Made by a program: the position numbers and the translations under genes
NCBI GenBank assembly: GCA_963838655.1
Contig: CAWIRW010000018.1
Location: 83,397-147,396 of the forward strand
Origin: an uncultured Solirubrobacteraceae bacterium
GTDB taxonomy: Bacteria > Actinomycetota > Thermoleophilia > Solirubrobacterales > Solirubrobacteraceae
Direction of reading: 5' to 3'
DNA: 64,000 nucleotides
In this document: positions 28,228-38,431 of the stretch, piece by piece
Numbering within the stretch: position 1 is the first letter of the stretch
Layout: each line of letters begins with the position of its first letter
Notes under the pieces: generated by a model
Database searches by the model: none
The model's input: only the letters and a program-made list of their open reading frames with translations
Told to the model about the DNA's origin: nothing

Positions 28228-29412
28228 CTACCGCCCGGCGGTGTCGCCAAGCGGTCGCTCGTCGAGGCGCACGGTGATCTTCTCGGTGTCACCGTCGCGA
28301 TTGATCTCGAGCGGGACCTGCTGGCCGGGCTCGAAGCCGGCGATCCGGTCGGCGAGCTGAGCCGAGTCGGTGACGGGCTCGCCGTCGACCTTGGTGATCA
28401 CGTCGCCGCCGGGCCGGTACTCGGTGGCCTGGAAGACGACCGGGGCGCCGCCGCCGCGGATGCCGGCATCCTCGGCCGGACCGCCGTCGTTGACCGTCTG
28501 CACCCACGCGCCGCGCTCGACGTCGAGCCGGAAGCGGTCGACGAGCTGCGGGAACAGCTCGACCGAGGACACGCCGAGATACGCGTAGCGCGCCTCGCCC
28601 TCCTTGCGCAGCATGTCGAGCGAGCGCTTGACGGCGTCGACGGGCACGGCGTAGCCCACGCCCTCGCTGCCGCCGGAGTTGGTCTTGATCTGCTGGTTGA
28701 CGCCGATCACGCGGCCCTCGCCGTCGACCAGCGGGCCGCCGGAGTTGCCGGGGTTGATCGCGGCGTCGGTCTGGATCGCGCCCGAGATCTGGAAGCTGGT
28801 GAGGGACTGGATCGAGCGGTCGATCGCGGAGATGACGCCGACGGACAGCGACTGCTGCTCGCCGAATGGCGAGCCGATCGCGGCCACGGGCTCGCCGACC
28901 TCGACGCTCGCGCTCTCGCCGAGCGGGAGCGGGCGCAGCTTGAGCCCGCCGGGATCGAGGCGCAGCAGCGCGATGTCGGCGTTCGGGTCGTCGCCGACGA
29001 TCTTGGCGGGGACCTGGTTGCCGTCGGCGAACTCCACGAAGACCTGGCGCGCTCGCCGTCGTGCGCTGCCCTCGCCGGTGGTCACGACGTGGGCGTTGGT
29101 GGCGACCTCGCCCTCGCCGCTGAGCACGAACCCGGAGCCGACGCCGCCGCCCTCCTCGCCGCCGCCGAGCGCGGAGTCGACGCCGCCCTCGCCGAAGATC
29201 GAGATCACGGTCACGACGCCCGGAGCCTCGCTCTCGTAGATCGCCTTCGCGTCGAAGCCGCCCTCGTCCCCGAGCCCCTCGACGACTTCGACGCGCGTGG
29301 GCTGCGACTCGCCGCCGCTGCCTTCCGAGCGCGGCGCGTCGTCGTCGTCGCCCCCGCCGCAGCCGGCGAACACGAGCGCCAGCAGCGCGACGAGCAGTGT
29401 CAGCGGCCTCAT
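28228..29412 (-). CDS. HtrA/DegP-family serine protease with PDZ domain (lipoprotein signal)
   Basis: Lipobox LVFAGC, catalytic TNAHVV and GNSGGPLV, C-terminal PDZ. Confidence 0.9.
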   Translation of the reverse strand: MRPLTLLVALLALVFAGCGGGDDDDAPRSEGSGGESQPTRVEVVEGLGDEGGFDAKAIYESEAPGVVTVISIFGEGGVDSALGGGEEGGGVGSGFVLSGEGEVATNAHVVTTGEGSARRRARQVFVEFADGNQVPAKIVGDDPNADIALLRLDPGGLKLRPLPLGESASVEVGEPVAAIGSPFGEQQSLSVGVISAIDRSIQSLTSFQISGAIQTDAAINPGNSGGPLVDGEGRVIGVNQQIKTNSGGSEGVGYAVPVDAVKRSLDMLRKEGEARYAYLGVSSVELFPQLVDRFRLDVERGAWVQTVNDGGPAEDAGIRGGGAPVVFQATEYRPGGDVITKVDGEPVTDSAQLADRIAGFEPGQQVPLEINRDGDTEKITVRLDERPLGDTAGR

Positions 29413-30821
29413 CCCGGGAGCACCAGGGAGAACGTCGTCGAGCCCGGCATCGAGCGCACGGTGAGCGTGCCCTGCATGCGCTCGGCGAGCTCGCGGGCGA
29501 TCGCCAGTCCGAGGCCGGCGCCCTGCGCCTGCTCGTTGGAGGTGAAGAACGGTTCGAAGATGTGAGGCATGTTCTGACGCTTGATCCCGAGGCCCTTGTC
29601 GGAGACCTCCAGCCTGACGTGCCCGTTCCGGCGGTCGGCCGAAACCGACACGCCGGTCCCGTTCGGCGTATGTACGAGCGCGTTGTCGAGCAGGATACGA
29701 AGCACCTGGGCCACGCGCTCAGGGTCGCAGTCGAGCTCGAGCGGGTCGCCCGGGAGCTCGAGCTGCACGGCCGAGTCGTGCTGCTGGGCGGCGGGCGTGA
29801 ACTCCCCCGCGACCTCGCGCGCGAGCTGCCCGACGTCGGTCGGCTCGGGCCGCAGCTCGAGCGCGCCGGCCTCCAGTCGCGAGAGGTCGAGCAGCTCGGT
29901 GGCGAGCTTGCGCATGCGCTCCACCTGACCGCGCAGCTGGTCGAGGAACTGGCGCCGCGTCTCCTCGTCGAGGTCCTCGTCGGCCAGCAGCTCGAGGAAG
30001 CCGCCGAGCGAGAAGATCGGGGTGCGCAGCTCGTGCGACGCGGACGCGATGAACTGCTTGCGCGCGCGGTCGAGCCGCGCGAGCTGGTTCTGCATGTCGT
30101 CGAACGCCGCCGCGAGCTGCCCCAGCTCGTCGTCGGAGTCGGCGCGGATCGGGTTCGAGAAGTCGCCCGCGGCCACCTTGCGCGCCGCCTGCTCGAGCCG
30201 CGCCACGCGCTGCGAGAGCGCCCGCGCCACGAGGTAGCCGGCCAGCAGCGCCACCACGAGCGCGATCCCGCCCGAGATCAGGATCTGCCGCCGGATCAGC
30301 GCGACGTTGCCCTGCACCTCGTCGAGCGTGTCGGCGAACACCGCGACGCCGACGACGTCCTCGCCCTGGACCAGTGGGTAGGCCACGATCGCGTGCGGTC
30401 CGACCGGGGGTGATGCGATGACCGACACCGGCCGTCTCGACCTCGCGGCGTCGATCGCGGTGGCAGTGACGTCGTTCGCGTTGATGCCGCCGTCGGGTGC
30501 GGAGTCGTTCTTGGACGCGAGCGCCAGCGGGTCGTCCTTGTTGACGCGGTCGAAGATCAGCAGCTCGGCGCTCGCCGCGACCGCCAGACCGCTGATCCGG
30601 CGCTCAGTGAACGGCGGGTCGTCGTTCGTGTAGGTCGCCGCGAGGCCCGCCGGGCCGCCGACGAAGCGCTGCCCGTCCATCAGCAGGCCGTCGAGCTTCT
30701 GGTTGCGCAGGCGCTCCTCGAGCCGCGGCGTGACCGTGAGGTAGATCGTCCCGATGGCGCCGAGGACGATCAGCCCGAACACGACCGCCAGCCGGTTGCG
30801 CAGCGACCGCAGGCCGATCAT
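29409..30821 (-). CDS. sensor histidine kinase (HAMP-HisKA-HATPase)
   Basis: Two TM segments, a HAMP domain, H-box SHELRTPI, and G-boxes DKGLGI and GAGLGLAI. 4-nt overlap with the protease gene. Confidence 0.9.
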   Translation of the reverse strand: MIGLRSLRNRLAVVFGLIVLGAIGTIYLTVTPRLEERLRNQKLDGLLMDGQRFVGGPAGLAATYTNDDPPFTERRISGLAVAASAELLIFDRVNKDDPLALASKNDSAPDGGINANDVTATAIDAARSRRPVSVIASPPVGPHAIVAYPLVQGEDVVGVAVFADTLDEVQGNVALIRRQILISGGIALVVALLAGYLVARALSQRVARLEQAARKVAAGDFSNPIRADSDDELGQLAAAFDDMQNQLARLDRARKQFIASASHELRTPIFSLGGFLELLADEDLDEETRRQFLDQLRGQVERMRKLATELLDLSRLEAGALELRPEPTDVGQLAREVAGEFTPAAQQHDSAVQLELPGDPLELDCDPERVAQVLRILLDNALVHTPNGTGVSVSADRRNGHVRLEVSDKGLGIKRQNMPHIFEPFFTSNEQAQGAGLGLAIARELAERMQGTLTVRSMPGSTTFSLVLPG

Positions 30822-30833
30822 GGCCGCCTCTAA

Positions 30834-31550
30834 CTAGTCCTCGTCGTCCCGGAACCGATAGCCGACCCCGCGCACCGTGAACAGGTACTCGGGTTCCTTG
30901 GGATCGGCCTCGATCTTCTCGCGCAGGTGGCGGATGTGGACGTCGATCGTGCGCGGGTCGCGGTACGCGGAGTCGCCCCACACGCGTGCGAGCAGCATGT
31001 CGCGCGTGAACACGCGGCCCGGCGAGCGGGCGAGCGCGGTCAGGATCTCGAACTCGACGAACGTGGTCTGCACGGCGTCGCCGTTGCGCATCACCGCGCG
31101 CTTGGTCGTGTCGATGCGCAGGTCGCGGACCGCGATCGGCTGCTCGTCGTCATCGTCGGCGTCAGGCCGCGCCATCCCTGCACGCCGCAGGGCGGCCTTC
31201 ACGCGCGAGCGGAACTCGCGCATCGAGAACGGCTTGGTGATGTAGTCGTCGGCGCCGAGCTCGAGCCCGAGCACCTTGTCGATCTCCTCCGACTTGGCGG
31301 TCAGCATGATGATCGGCACCGTCGAGCCGTCGGCGCGCAGGCGCTTGCAGACCTCGAGGCCGTCCATCCGCGGGAGCATGAGGTCGAGCACGACGAGGTC
31401 GAACGGCTGCTCGGAGAAGCGCGCCAGCGCGGCGGCGCCGTCGGACGCCTGCACCACCTCGTAGCCGTCGCGCTGGAGCGGGAACGACAGCAGGGTCTGG
31501 ATCGGCTGTTCGTCGTCGACGAGCAGGATGCGGGGCGCACGATCGGTCAT
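30834..31550 (-). CDS. OmpR-family response regulator
   Basis: Receiver domain ILLVDDE...DLVVLDLMLP and winged-helix C-terminus YLFTVRGVGYRF. Confidence 0.92.
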   Translation of the reverse strand: MTDRAPRILLVDDEQPIQTLLSFPLQRDGYEVVQASDGAAALARFSEQPFDLVVLDLMLPRMDGLEVCKRLRADGSTVPIIMLTAKSEEIDKVLGLELGADDYITKPFSMREFRSRVKAALRRAGMARPDADDDDEQPIAVRDLRIDTTKRAVMRNGDAVQTTFVEFEILTALARSPGRVFTRDMLLARVWGDSAYRDPRTIDVHIRHLREKIEADPKEPEYLFTVRGVGYRFRDDED

Positions 31551-31605
31551 GGCGCTCTGGATCCGAGGATAGTGTGGTCCAGAGCGAGCAGTACCCTCGA
31601 ACGTA

Positions 31606-33387
31606 GTGCTCGACGTTCGGGTCTATCGGGCTGCCTTCCTCCCGGCGCTCGTCGCGCTGTTCGTCGCCGCGTTCTCGCTCGCCGATCGTCCCGCGCCGCT
31701 GTCGTCGCCGCTCGCGGCCGACGCGTTCCGCGGCGACCGTGCCTTCGGCGGCCGCGCGCCGCTGCGCAACTCGCTGACCGAGCTCGGGCGCTCGTTCCCC
31801 GAGCGGCTGCCGGGATCGGCGGACGACGCCGCGCTCTCCGACCGCGTCGCCGACACGTTGGGCGCCGCCGACCGCACCGGCCGGCCGTCGTTCGACGTCA
31901 CGCGCGAGCGGACAGGCGAGATCGAGACCGTGATCGGCGTCCGGCCGGGGCTGTCGAGCCGGCGGATCGTGGTGGTCTCGCACCGCGACGCGGCCGGGAG
32001 CCCGGCGCTCGCCGAGCTCTCCGGCACGGCGGCGATGCTCGAGCTCGCACGGCTGTTCCGGGCGCGCGACCTGCAGCGCACGCTGGTGCTCGTGTCGACC
32101 TCGGGCGCGACCCTCGGTTACACGGGCGCGCAGGCGTGGGCCGAGGGCGTCGACGCGGCGAACGTCGACGCCGTGCTCGTGCTCGGCGACCTCGCGGGCG
32201 CGCGGATCGCCAAGCCATGGGTGGCGTCGTGGTCGCTCGCGGGAGGCCCGGCGCCGCTCGGCGTCCAGCGCACGGTCGAGCAGGCGCTGCGCGCGGAGGC
32301 CGGGCCGCCCGGCGGCAGCCGCGCGACCGCACAGTGGGCACGGCGGGCGTTGCCGTTCACCGTCTCCGAGCAGGGCGTGATCGCCGAGGCCGGGCTGCCC
32401 GCCGTGCTGATCGGCGTCTCGGGGGAGCGCGGGCCGGCGGCCTCGGGCCGCGTGCGCGCCGGACGCCTCGAGCGCTTCGGCCGCGGCGTGCTGCGCACGG
32501 TTCTGGCGATCGACGCCGCGCCCGCCGAGCAGGCGTTCGCCGGCGGGGCGCAGGGCATCGTGACGATGCGCAACGTGCTGCCCGACTGGGCCGTGCGCCT
32601 GCTCGTCGGCACGCTGCTGCTGCCGGCGTTCCTCACCGCGCTCGACGGCTTCTTCCGCGTGCGCCGGCGGCATCTCGCGGTCGCTCCGTGGTTCGCGTGG
32701 CTGGCCGTCGCGGGCGCGCCGATCCTGCTCGCCTGGGGGTGGACGCGCGCGCTCGGGCTCACGAGCGCGCTCGAGGTGACGGAGGCGCCCGTGCTGCCGC
32801 TGCCGGCCCTCGAGCGCTCGGGCGCGCTCGCGCTCGCCTCGGTGGCGCTCGTGCTCGCGCTCGGGTGGTTCGGCGTGCGCCCGCTCGTGCTCGCGCGCGC
32901 CGGCGAGCGCGGGAGCCCGGCCGGAGGTGGCCTCGCGGGGGCGATGGGCGCCGTCCTGTGCGTGCTGGCCGCCGTTGTGTGGGCGGCCAACCCGTACGCC
33001 GCGGCGCTGCTGCTGCCCGCGGCCCACCTGTGGCTGTTCGCCGCGGCGCCGCAGACACGTCTGCGCGGTTGGGCGGGCGCCGCTGCGGTGGCGGCCGGCC
33101 TGCTCCCGTTCGCGCTGCTGGCGCTCGCCTACTGCCAGGCGCTGGCGCTCAACCCGCTCGAGCTCGCGTGGATGGCGCTGCTGAGCGCCGCCTCGGGACA
33201 GCTCTCGTTCGCCGCCGCCGTGGTGGCTGCGACCGTCCTCGCGTGCGCCGCCGCCGTCGTGACGATCATGCGCACGCGCCAGCGCGCGGCCGCCGAGGTC
33301 GGACCCGAGCCGCTGCGCACGCGCGGCCCCGTGACGTATGCCGGCCCCGGATCGCTGGGCGGCACGGAGTCGGCGCTGCGGCGATGA
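31606..33387 (+). CDS. membrane protein with an M28-peptidase-like extracytoplasmic domain and polytopic C-terminus
   Basis: N-terminal TM, then IVVVSHRDAAGSPALAELSGTAAMLELARLF (M28-like), then about 8 TM helices. The family assignment is tentative. Confidence 0.55.
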   Translation: MLDVRVYRAAFLPALVALFVAAFSLADRPAPLSSPLAADAFRGDRAFGGRAPLRNSLTELGRSFPERLPGSADDAALSDRVADTLGAADRTGRPSFDVTRERTGEIETVIGVRPGLSSRRIVVVSHRDAAGSPALAELSGTAAMLELARLFRARDLQRTLVLVSTSGATLGYTGAQAWAEGVDAANVDAVLVLGDLAGARIAKPWVASWSLAGGPAPLGVQRTVEQALRAEAGPPGGSRATAQWARRALPFTVSEQGVIAEAGLPAVLIGVSGERGPAASGRVRAGRLERFGRGVLRTVLAIDAAPAEQAFAGGAQGIVTMRNVLPDWAVRLLVGTLLLPAFLTALDGFFRVRRRHLAVAPWFAWLAVAGAPILLAWGWTRALGLTSALEVTEAPVLPLPALERSGALALASVALVLALGWFGVRPLVLARAGERGSPAGGGLAGAMGAVLCVLAAVVWAANPYAAALLLPAAHLWLFAAAPQTRLRGWAGAAAVAAGLLPFALLALAYCQALALNPLELAWMALLSAASGQLSFAAAVVAATVLACAAAVVTIMRTRQRAAAEVGPEPLRTRGPVTYAGPGSLGGTESALRR

Positions 33388-34073
33388 CGCTCGCCGCGCC
33401 GCGCGCGTCTCGGCTTCGCCGCGCGCTGCGGGTGCTGTCGACCGTGCTGATCGTCTGCGGCGTCGTGCTGCTCGCCGACGCCGCGGCGACCGTCCTGTGG
33501 CAGGAGCCGGTGTCGGCCGTGTACGCGCACTTCCGCCAGCAGGCGCTCGACGACCGCCTGGAGCGGATCGGCGACGAGCCGCTGCGCCCGGCCGAGCAGC
33601 GCGCGCTCAGCCGGATCCCCGACCCCCGCCGCCGCCTCGCGTTCCGCGCCCGCGCGCTCGAGCGGCGGCTCGATCCCGGTGACCCGATGGGCCGGATCGT
33701 GATGCCCTCGATCGGCGTCTCCGACGTGTTCGTGGAGGGGACGGGCGCGGGAGACCTACGCGCCGGCCCGGGCCACTATCCCGGCACGGCGTTCCCGGGC
33801 GAGCGCGGGACGGTGGCGATCGCCGGCCACCGCACGACGTACGGCGCGCCGTTCCGGCACGTCGACCGGCTGGAGCGCGGCGACCGGATCGAGCTGCGGA
33901 TGCCGTACGGGCGCTTCACGTACGTCGTCGAGCGCACGCGCATCGTGCCGCCGACCGAGGTCTCGGTCACCGACCGCGTCGCGTTCGACCGGCTCGTGCT
34001 GTCCGCCTGCCACCCGCTCTACTCCGCGGCCCAGCGGATCGTCGTGTTCGCGCGGTTGCGCGACACGCCATGA
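33384..34073 (+). CDS. sortase (class E-like)
   Basis: ATGA overlap with the upstream stop. N-terminal TM, IAGHRTT (His), LVLSACHP (Cys) and RIVVFARL (Arg). Only the last 229 codons of listed ORF 30927..34073 are real. Confidence 0.85.
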   Translation: MTLAAPRASRLRRALRVLSTVLIVCGVVLLADAAATVLWQEPVSAVYAHFRQQALDDRLERIGDEPLRPAEQRALSRIPDPRRRLAFRARALERRLDPGDPMGRIVMPSIGVSDVFVEGTGAGDLRAGPGHYPGTAFPGERGTVAIAGHRTTYGAPFRHVDRLERGDRIELRMPYGRFTYVVERTRIVPPTEVSVTDRVAFDRLVLSACHPLYSAAQRIVVFARLRDTP

Positions 34074-34201
34074 TTCAGGTGGTAACCCCATCGCCCTTGG
34101 CGCCCCGCATGACGACCTATGTTCACATGACAGCTCTCGCAGCCCGATATGAGCCCGGCACCGGACGCCGGTTCGGGCAGAAAGGGTCACGGAAGGCGCA
34201 C

Positions 34202-34366
34202 ATGAACCAGCTTCGCGAACGCATCGAGCGCGGCGAGTACACGGTGGACTCCGACGCGGTGGCCGCGGCCATCATCCGTGCGCATAGCCGCGCCAGCGCG
34301 CAGCCGCGGGATCGCCGCGCCAGCGCACGCCCGGCTCGCCGTCCACCGCGCGACCGATCCAGCTGA
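34202..34366 (+). CDS. possible small FlgM-like (anti-sigma-28 C-terminal motif) protein
   Basis: ATG 34202 follows GGAAGG plus a 5-nt spacer. It encodes [25 protein letters not shown], resembling the FlgM C-terminus. The 3' part overlaps the thiL end on the opposite strand, so the stop is doubtful. Confidence 0.3.
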   Translation: MNQLRERIERGEYTVDSDAVAAAIIRAHSRASAQPRDRRASARPARRPPRDRSS

Positions 34367-35215
34367 GACGCCACCGGCGGCCTCGGCCGCCTCCCGCGCA
34401 GCCTCGGGCACGCAGACGCACAGCTCGTAGTCCTCGCCGCCGGTGGCGGCGAGCTCGGCGGGCGAGATCCCCAGCGCGTGCGCGACGGCGGCCGTCTCGG
34501 GCGCGACCGGGAGCGCCGTGGCGTCGAGCTCGAGGCCGACGCCGCTGGCGCGCGCGAGGCGGACAGCGTCGAGCGCCAGCCCGTCGGAGAGGTCGAGCAT
34601 GGCCGTCGCGCCGGCGCGGGCCAGCGCGCGGCCCTCGGCCAGCCGCGGCCGTGGCCGCAGGTGGCGCTCGACCGGCCCCTCGGAGGCGCGGCCCTCGAGC
34701 ACCGCGAGGGCGGCCGCTGAGGCGCCCAGGTCGCCGGTCACGCCGACGAGGTCGCCGGGGCGCGCGCCGTCGCGGCCGACGAGCTCGTCCGCGCTGTCCG
34801 CCCAGCCGACCACCGTGACGGCGATCGTCAGCGCGGGCCCGGCGACGAGGTCGCCGCCCGCGATGGTGGTCCCGCTGTCGGCCGCCAGCGCCTCTGCCCC
34901 CTCGTGCAGCGCGAGCACGTCGGCGTCGGCGAGGCCGGGCGGGACGACCACCGACAGGTACGCCTCGCCCGGCTCGGCGCCCATCGCCGCGAGGTCGGAC
35001 AGCGCCCCGGCGAGCGCGCGGTGGCCCGCGTCGCGTGCCGTCCAGCCCTGCCCGAGCCGGAAGTGCGTCCCGTCGACCATGACGTCGGTCGACACGGCGG
35101 CCACGCCGCCGGCCCGGACGACCGCGCAGTCGTCCCCCAGCCACCGCAGCACGCGCGAGCCCGGCCGGCGCTCGAGGACGCCCGCGATCGCCTCGATCAG
35201 CCCGAGCTCATCCAT
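34272..35215 (-). pseudogene. thiL: thiamine-monophosphate kinase, one apparent -1 deletion near 34367-34370
   Basis: GDDCAV...GGDL...[27 protein letters not shown] continues in another frame as [30 protein letters not shown]-stop (34272), the typical ThiL C-terminus. Confidence 0.8.
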
Positions 35216-35227
35216 GGGTGCCGGGCC

Positions 35228-35446
35228 CTACCTGTGTCGGTAGACGATGCGGGCCCGGTTGAGGTCGTACGGCGAGACCTCGACGCGCACGCGGTCGCCG
35301 GGCAGGATGCGGATCCGGAAGCGCCGCATCTTCCCCGCCACGTGGCCGAGCACCTCGTGGCCGTTGTCGAGCTGCACCCGGAACATGGCGTTCGGGAGCG
35401 CCTCTACGACCTCGCCCTCGAACTCGACCTTCTCTTCCTTCGCCAA
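35228..35446 (-). CDS. infA: translation initiation factor IF-1
   Basis: [74 protein letters not shown] start at 35446. Confidence 0.93.
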   Translation of the reverse strand: MAKEEKVEFEGEVVEALPNAMFRVQLDNGHEVLGHVAGKMRRFRIRILPGDRVRVEVSPYDLNRARIVYRHR

Positions 35447-37632
35447 GACGGGCGGTTTATACCACCGCCGCGGGCGACTACGGCGGCGTTTCGCCGTCGC
35501 CGCCCGGGCGGGCCCTGCGGCGGCGCCTCGTACTGCTCGGGGTCGAACTCGGTCCCGCCCGAGGGGTCGCCGGTGGCGGGCGGCGTCGCGGGGTCGGGCG
35601 TCGGAGCCTCGGGCGCCGTCTCGCTCTCCCCGTTGCCGAAGCCGAGCCTGCCGCCGCCGTTGCTCGAGTACTCGCCGTAGAACGGCGACGAGCTGAACGG
35701 CACCTTGGGCTGCGGGAAGTCGCCGCAGAAGCCGCCGATGACCGACTTCATGTACGCGCCCCAGATCGCCGCCGGGAACGTGCCGCCGTCGACGTTGCCG
35801 CCGTAGAAGAGCCCGTTCATCTGCGTGCGGTCGTTGGGGTAGCCGACCCACACGGCCGTCGACAGCCGCGGCGTGAAGCCGGCGAACCAGGCGTCGGTGT
35901 TGAGGTCGGTGGTCCCGGTCTTGCCCGCCGCCGGGCAGCCCGTGGCTGCGCGCCCGCCGGTGCCGCGCGCGATGTTCTGCTGCAGGATCTTCGTCGCCTC
36001 GTAGGTCATGCCGTCCTCGAACACCTTCGTGCGCTTGACGCGCCAGCGGCGAGGGAGCTTGACCTTGGGGCGCCCGGCGAACTCGACCTTGGTGATCGCG
36101 GTCGGGCGCGGGCGATTGCCGCCGGAGGCGATCGTCGCGTACGCGGTTGCCATCTCGAGCGGCGAGACGCCCTCCTCGAGGCCGCCGAGCGACTCGGCCG
36201 GGTAGCCCTTCACGTGCTCGCGCCGGATGCCCATGTCGACCGCCGTGTCGGCGACGTTCTCGGGCCCGAGGTCGAGCGCGAGCTGGATGTAGACCGAGTT
36301 GTCGGACCGGATCGTGGCCTCGACGAGGTTCATGTTGCCGCCGCTCGTGCCGCCGTAGGTCTTGACCTCGAACGGCGCGCCGTACTTGGGGTCGTTGATG
36401 CGCGTGGGCGATCGGGACGTGTAGCGGGTGCTGTTCGGGTTGACGCCGTTGCGCAGCGCGGTCATCAGCGCCATCGTCTTGAACGACGAGCCGGGCTGGC
36501 GCTCGCCCTGGGCGGCGAGGTTGAACTTCGAGTCCGCGTAGTCGCCCGACGAGGCCATCGCGAGGATGTAGCCGTTGCGCGGGTTGAGCGTCACCAGCGC
36601 CGACGACGGCCCGATGTCGCCCATCTGCGAGCTGATCGCGGTGCGGGCCTTGTCCTGCATCTCGAGGTCGATCGTCGTGTGCACGATGAGGCCGCCGAGC
36701 TTGACGGTCTGCGCGCCGTACTCCTTGATCAGCTCGTCCTTGACGTAGTCGAAGAAGTAGCTCTCGCGGCGGCGGCTGAAGTAGTCGGACGGGTTGAGAT
36801 GGAGCCCGCGCCGCATCGCCTTGCGTGCCTGCTCGGGGGTGATCATCTCGAGCTCGGCCATCTTCGCCAGCACCGCGTTGCGGCGCCGCTTGGCGGCCGG
36901 TCCGTTGGTGATCGGGGAGTACAGCGAGGGCGCCTGCGGCAGGCCGGCGAGCAGCGCCGCCTCGTGCAGCTCGAGCTTCTTCGCGCGCTTGTTGAAGTAG
37001 ATGCGCGCCGCCGCCTCGGCGCCGATCGCGGTCTGGCCGCCGACCGTGCCGTACGGGACGGTGTTCAGGTAGCGCTCGAGGATCCACTCCTTGCTGTTCT
37101 CGTTCTCGAGCTCCTCGGCGAGCTTGGCCTCGCGGATCTTGCGCTTGTAGCCCGCCAGGCCGGAGCGGGAGCGGTCGGCCGTGTAGAGGTTCTTGACCAG
37201 CTGCATCGTCAGCGTCGAGCCGCCCTGGACGGTCTCGCGGCTGGCGAAGTTCTCGACCGCGGCGCGCACGATGCTCTCGTAGTCGACGCCCTCGTGGCGG
37301 TAGAAGCGCTGGTCCTCGATCGCGATCGTCGCGTCGCGCAGCACCTTCGGGAGGCGCCGGCCGGGCACGGGGCGGCTGAGGTCGTCGGCGGAGATGAAGC
37401 CCAGCCGGGTGCCGTCGGCGGCCAGCACCTCGGTGTTGGATCCGGGGTCGCGGGGCTTGAGCGAGCTCAGCTCGGGCGACGATGCGGCGACCGCGACGAC
37501 CCAGCCCACGACCGACAACCCGCCGATGCCGATGACGATCAGGACGATCATCATGGCCAGCAGGGCCTGGGACCGGTGGCGATGGCGACCGCTGCCGCGG
37601 CGGCGTCGCCTGTAGCGTTGCGAGCGGCTCAT
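35404..37632 (-). CDS. class A penicillin-binding protein (transglycosylase/transpeptidase)
   Basis: GT51 motif [12 protein letters not shown], and transpeptidase motifs SSFK, SDN and KTGTT. ATG 37632. The last ~30 codons look out of frame and overlap infA. The probable true stop is at 35478 (see findings). Confidence 0.88.
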   Translation of the reverse strand: MSRSQRYRRRRRGSGRHRHRSQALLAMMIVLIVIGIGGLSVVGWVVAVAASSPELSSLKPRDPGSNTEVLAADGTRLGFISADDLSRPVPGRRLPKVLRDATIAIEDQRFYRHEGVDYESIVRAAVENFASRETVQGGSTLTMQLVKNLYTADRSRSGLAGYKRKIREAKLAEELENENSKEWILERYLNTVPYGTVGGQTAIGAEAAARIYFNKRAKKLELHEAALLAGLPQAPSLYSPITNGPAAKRRRNAVLAKMAELEMITPEQARKAMRRGLHLNPSDYFSRRRESYFFDYVKDELIKEYGAQTVKLGGLIVHTTIDLEMQDKARTAISSQMGDIGPSSALVTLNPRNGYILAMASSGDYADSKFNLAAQGERQPGSSFKTMALMTALRNGVNPNSTRYTSRSPTRINDPKYGAPFEVKTYGGTSGGNMNLVEATIRSDNSVYIQLALDLGPENVADTAVDMGIRREHVKGYPAESLGGLEEGVSPLEMATAYATIASGGNRPRPTAITKVEFAGRPKVKLPRRWRVKRTKVFEDGMTYEATKILQQNIARGTGGRAATGCPAAGKTGTTDLNTDAWFAGFTPRLSTAVWVGYPNDRTQMNGLFYGGNVDGGTFPAAIWGAYMKSVIGGFCGDFPQPKVPFSSSPFYGEYSSNGGGRLGFGNGESETAPEAPTPDPATPPATGDPSGGTEFDPEQYEAPPQGPPGRRRRNAAVVARGGGINRPSWRRKRRSSSRARS

Positions 37633-37675
37633 AGAAGGACGTTCGCGGGGGCGGCGCGAACCATCCAGGATAGCT

Positions 37676-38431
37676 TCACCCGCCTGCTTCGAAACCCTCC
37701 AACAGCCCTTCCTCGCGCAGGCGCGCGTGACAGCGCGCGAGCAGCTCGGCCTCGTGAGCGGCACGCTTGGGCGGAGGGACCGGGTCGCCGCCGACGGCGA
37801 GCCGCACGCCCCAGGGCACCGTCTCGGCGACCGAGACGTCCGCGTCGGCGACGTCGCGCAGCACGGCGACGGCGCGCGCGGCATCGGCGCCCGGGGGGAT
37901 CCAGACGGCGACGTCGAGGCCGACCGCGTCGACCGCCAGCGTCTCGTTGACGATCACGTTCGAGGCGAGCTTCTCGTTCGGGACCACGATCCGCTCGCTC
38001 GCGCCCGTGCGCAGGATCGTGTAGTTGAGCCGCACGTCCTCGACGACGCCGTAGTGGTCCTCGAACGTGATCCAGTCGCCGACGCGGATCGGCTGGGTGA
38101 CGGCCAGCATCACGCCGGCGACGACGTTGGCCAGTGTCTGGCGGGCCGCGAAGCCGATGATCGCTGCGGCGACCACGCCCGACGCCAGCAGGCTGGCCGC
38201 GATCTCGTTGACGCCGTCGAACTGGGAGAGCGCGAGCGCGACGCCGATCAGCAGGATCACCGCATACGCGAGCCGCCGCACGAAGCGCAGGCGCGTATAC
38301 GCCTCGCGGGAGAGCTCGAGCCGCCGCAGTACGCGGCCGAGCGCGAACACGGCCAGCAGCGCCAGGACCACGACGACGGCGGCGACGATCCAATCCTCGG
38401 TTGGCGCTGCTGCGAGGAGCCCTAGATTCAT
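37676..38431 (-). CDS. small-conductance mechanosensitive channel (MscS family)
   Basis: TM helices followed by LANVVAGVMLAVTQPIRVGDWITF. ATG 38431 lies inside the palindrome TCATGA. Confidence 0.85.
   Translation of the reverse strand: MNLGLLAAAPTEDWIVAAVVVVLALLAVFALGRVLRRLELSREAYTRLRFVRRLAYAVILLIGVALALSQFDGVNEIAASLLASGVVAAAIIGFAARQTLANVVAGVMLAVTQPIRVGDWITFEDHYGVVEDVRLNYTILRTGASERIVVPNEKLASNVIVNETLAVDAVGLDVAVWIPPGADAARAVAVLRDVADADVSVAETVPWGVRLAVGGDPVPPPKRAAHEAELLARCHARLREEGLLEGFEAGG

Noticed and set aside
30927-33383. N-terminal 819 codons of listed ORF 30927..34073
   Set aside because: The composition is Arg/Ala/Gly/Pro-rich shadow sequence. It is antisense to the response-regulator gene and out of frame with the M28-like membrane protein. 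Only the last 229 codons (the sortase, from ATG 33384) are credible.
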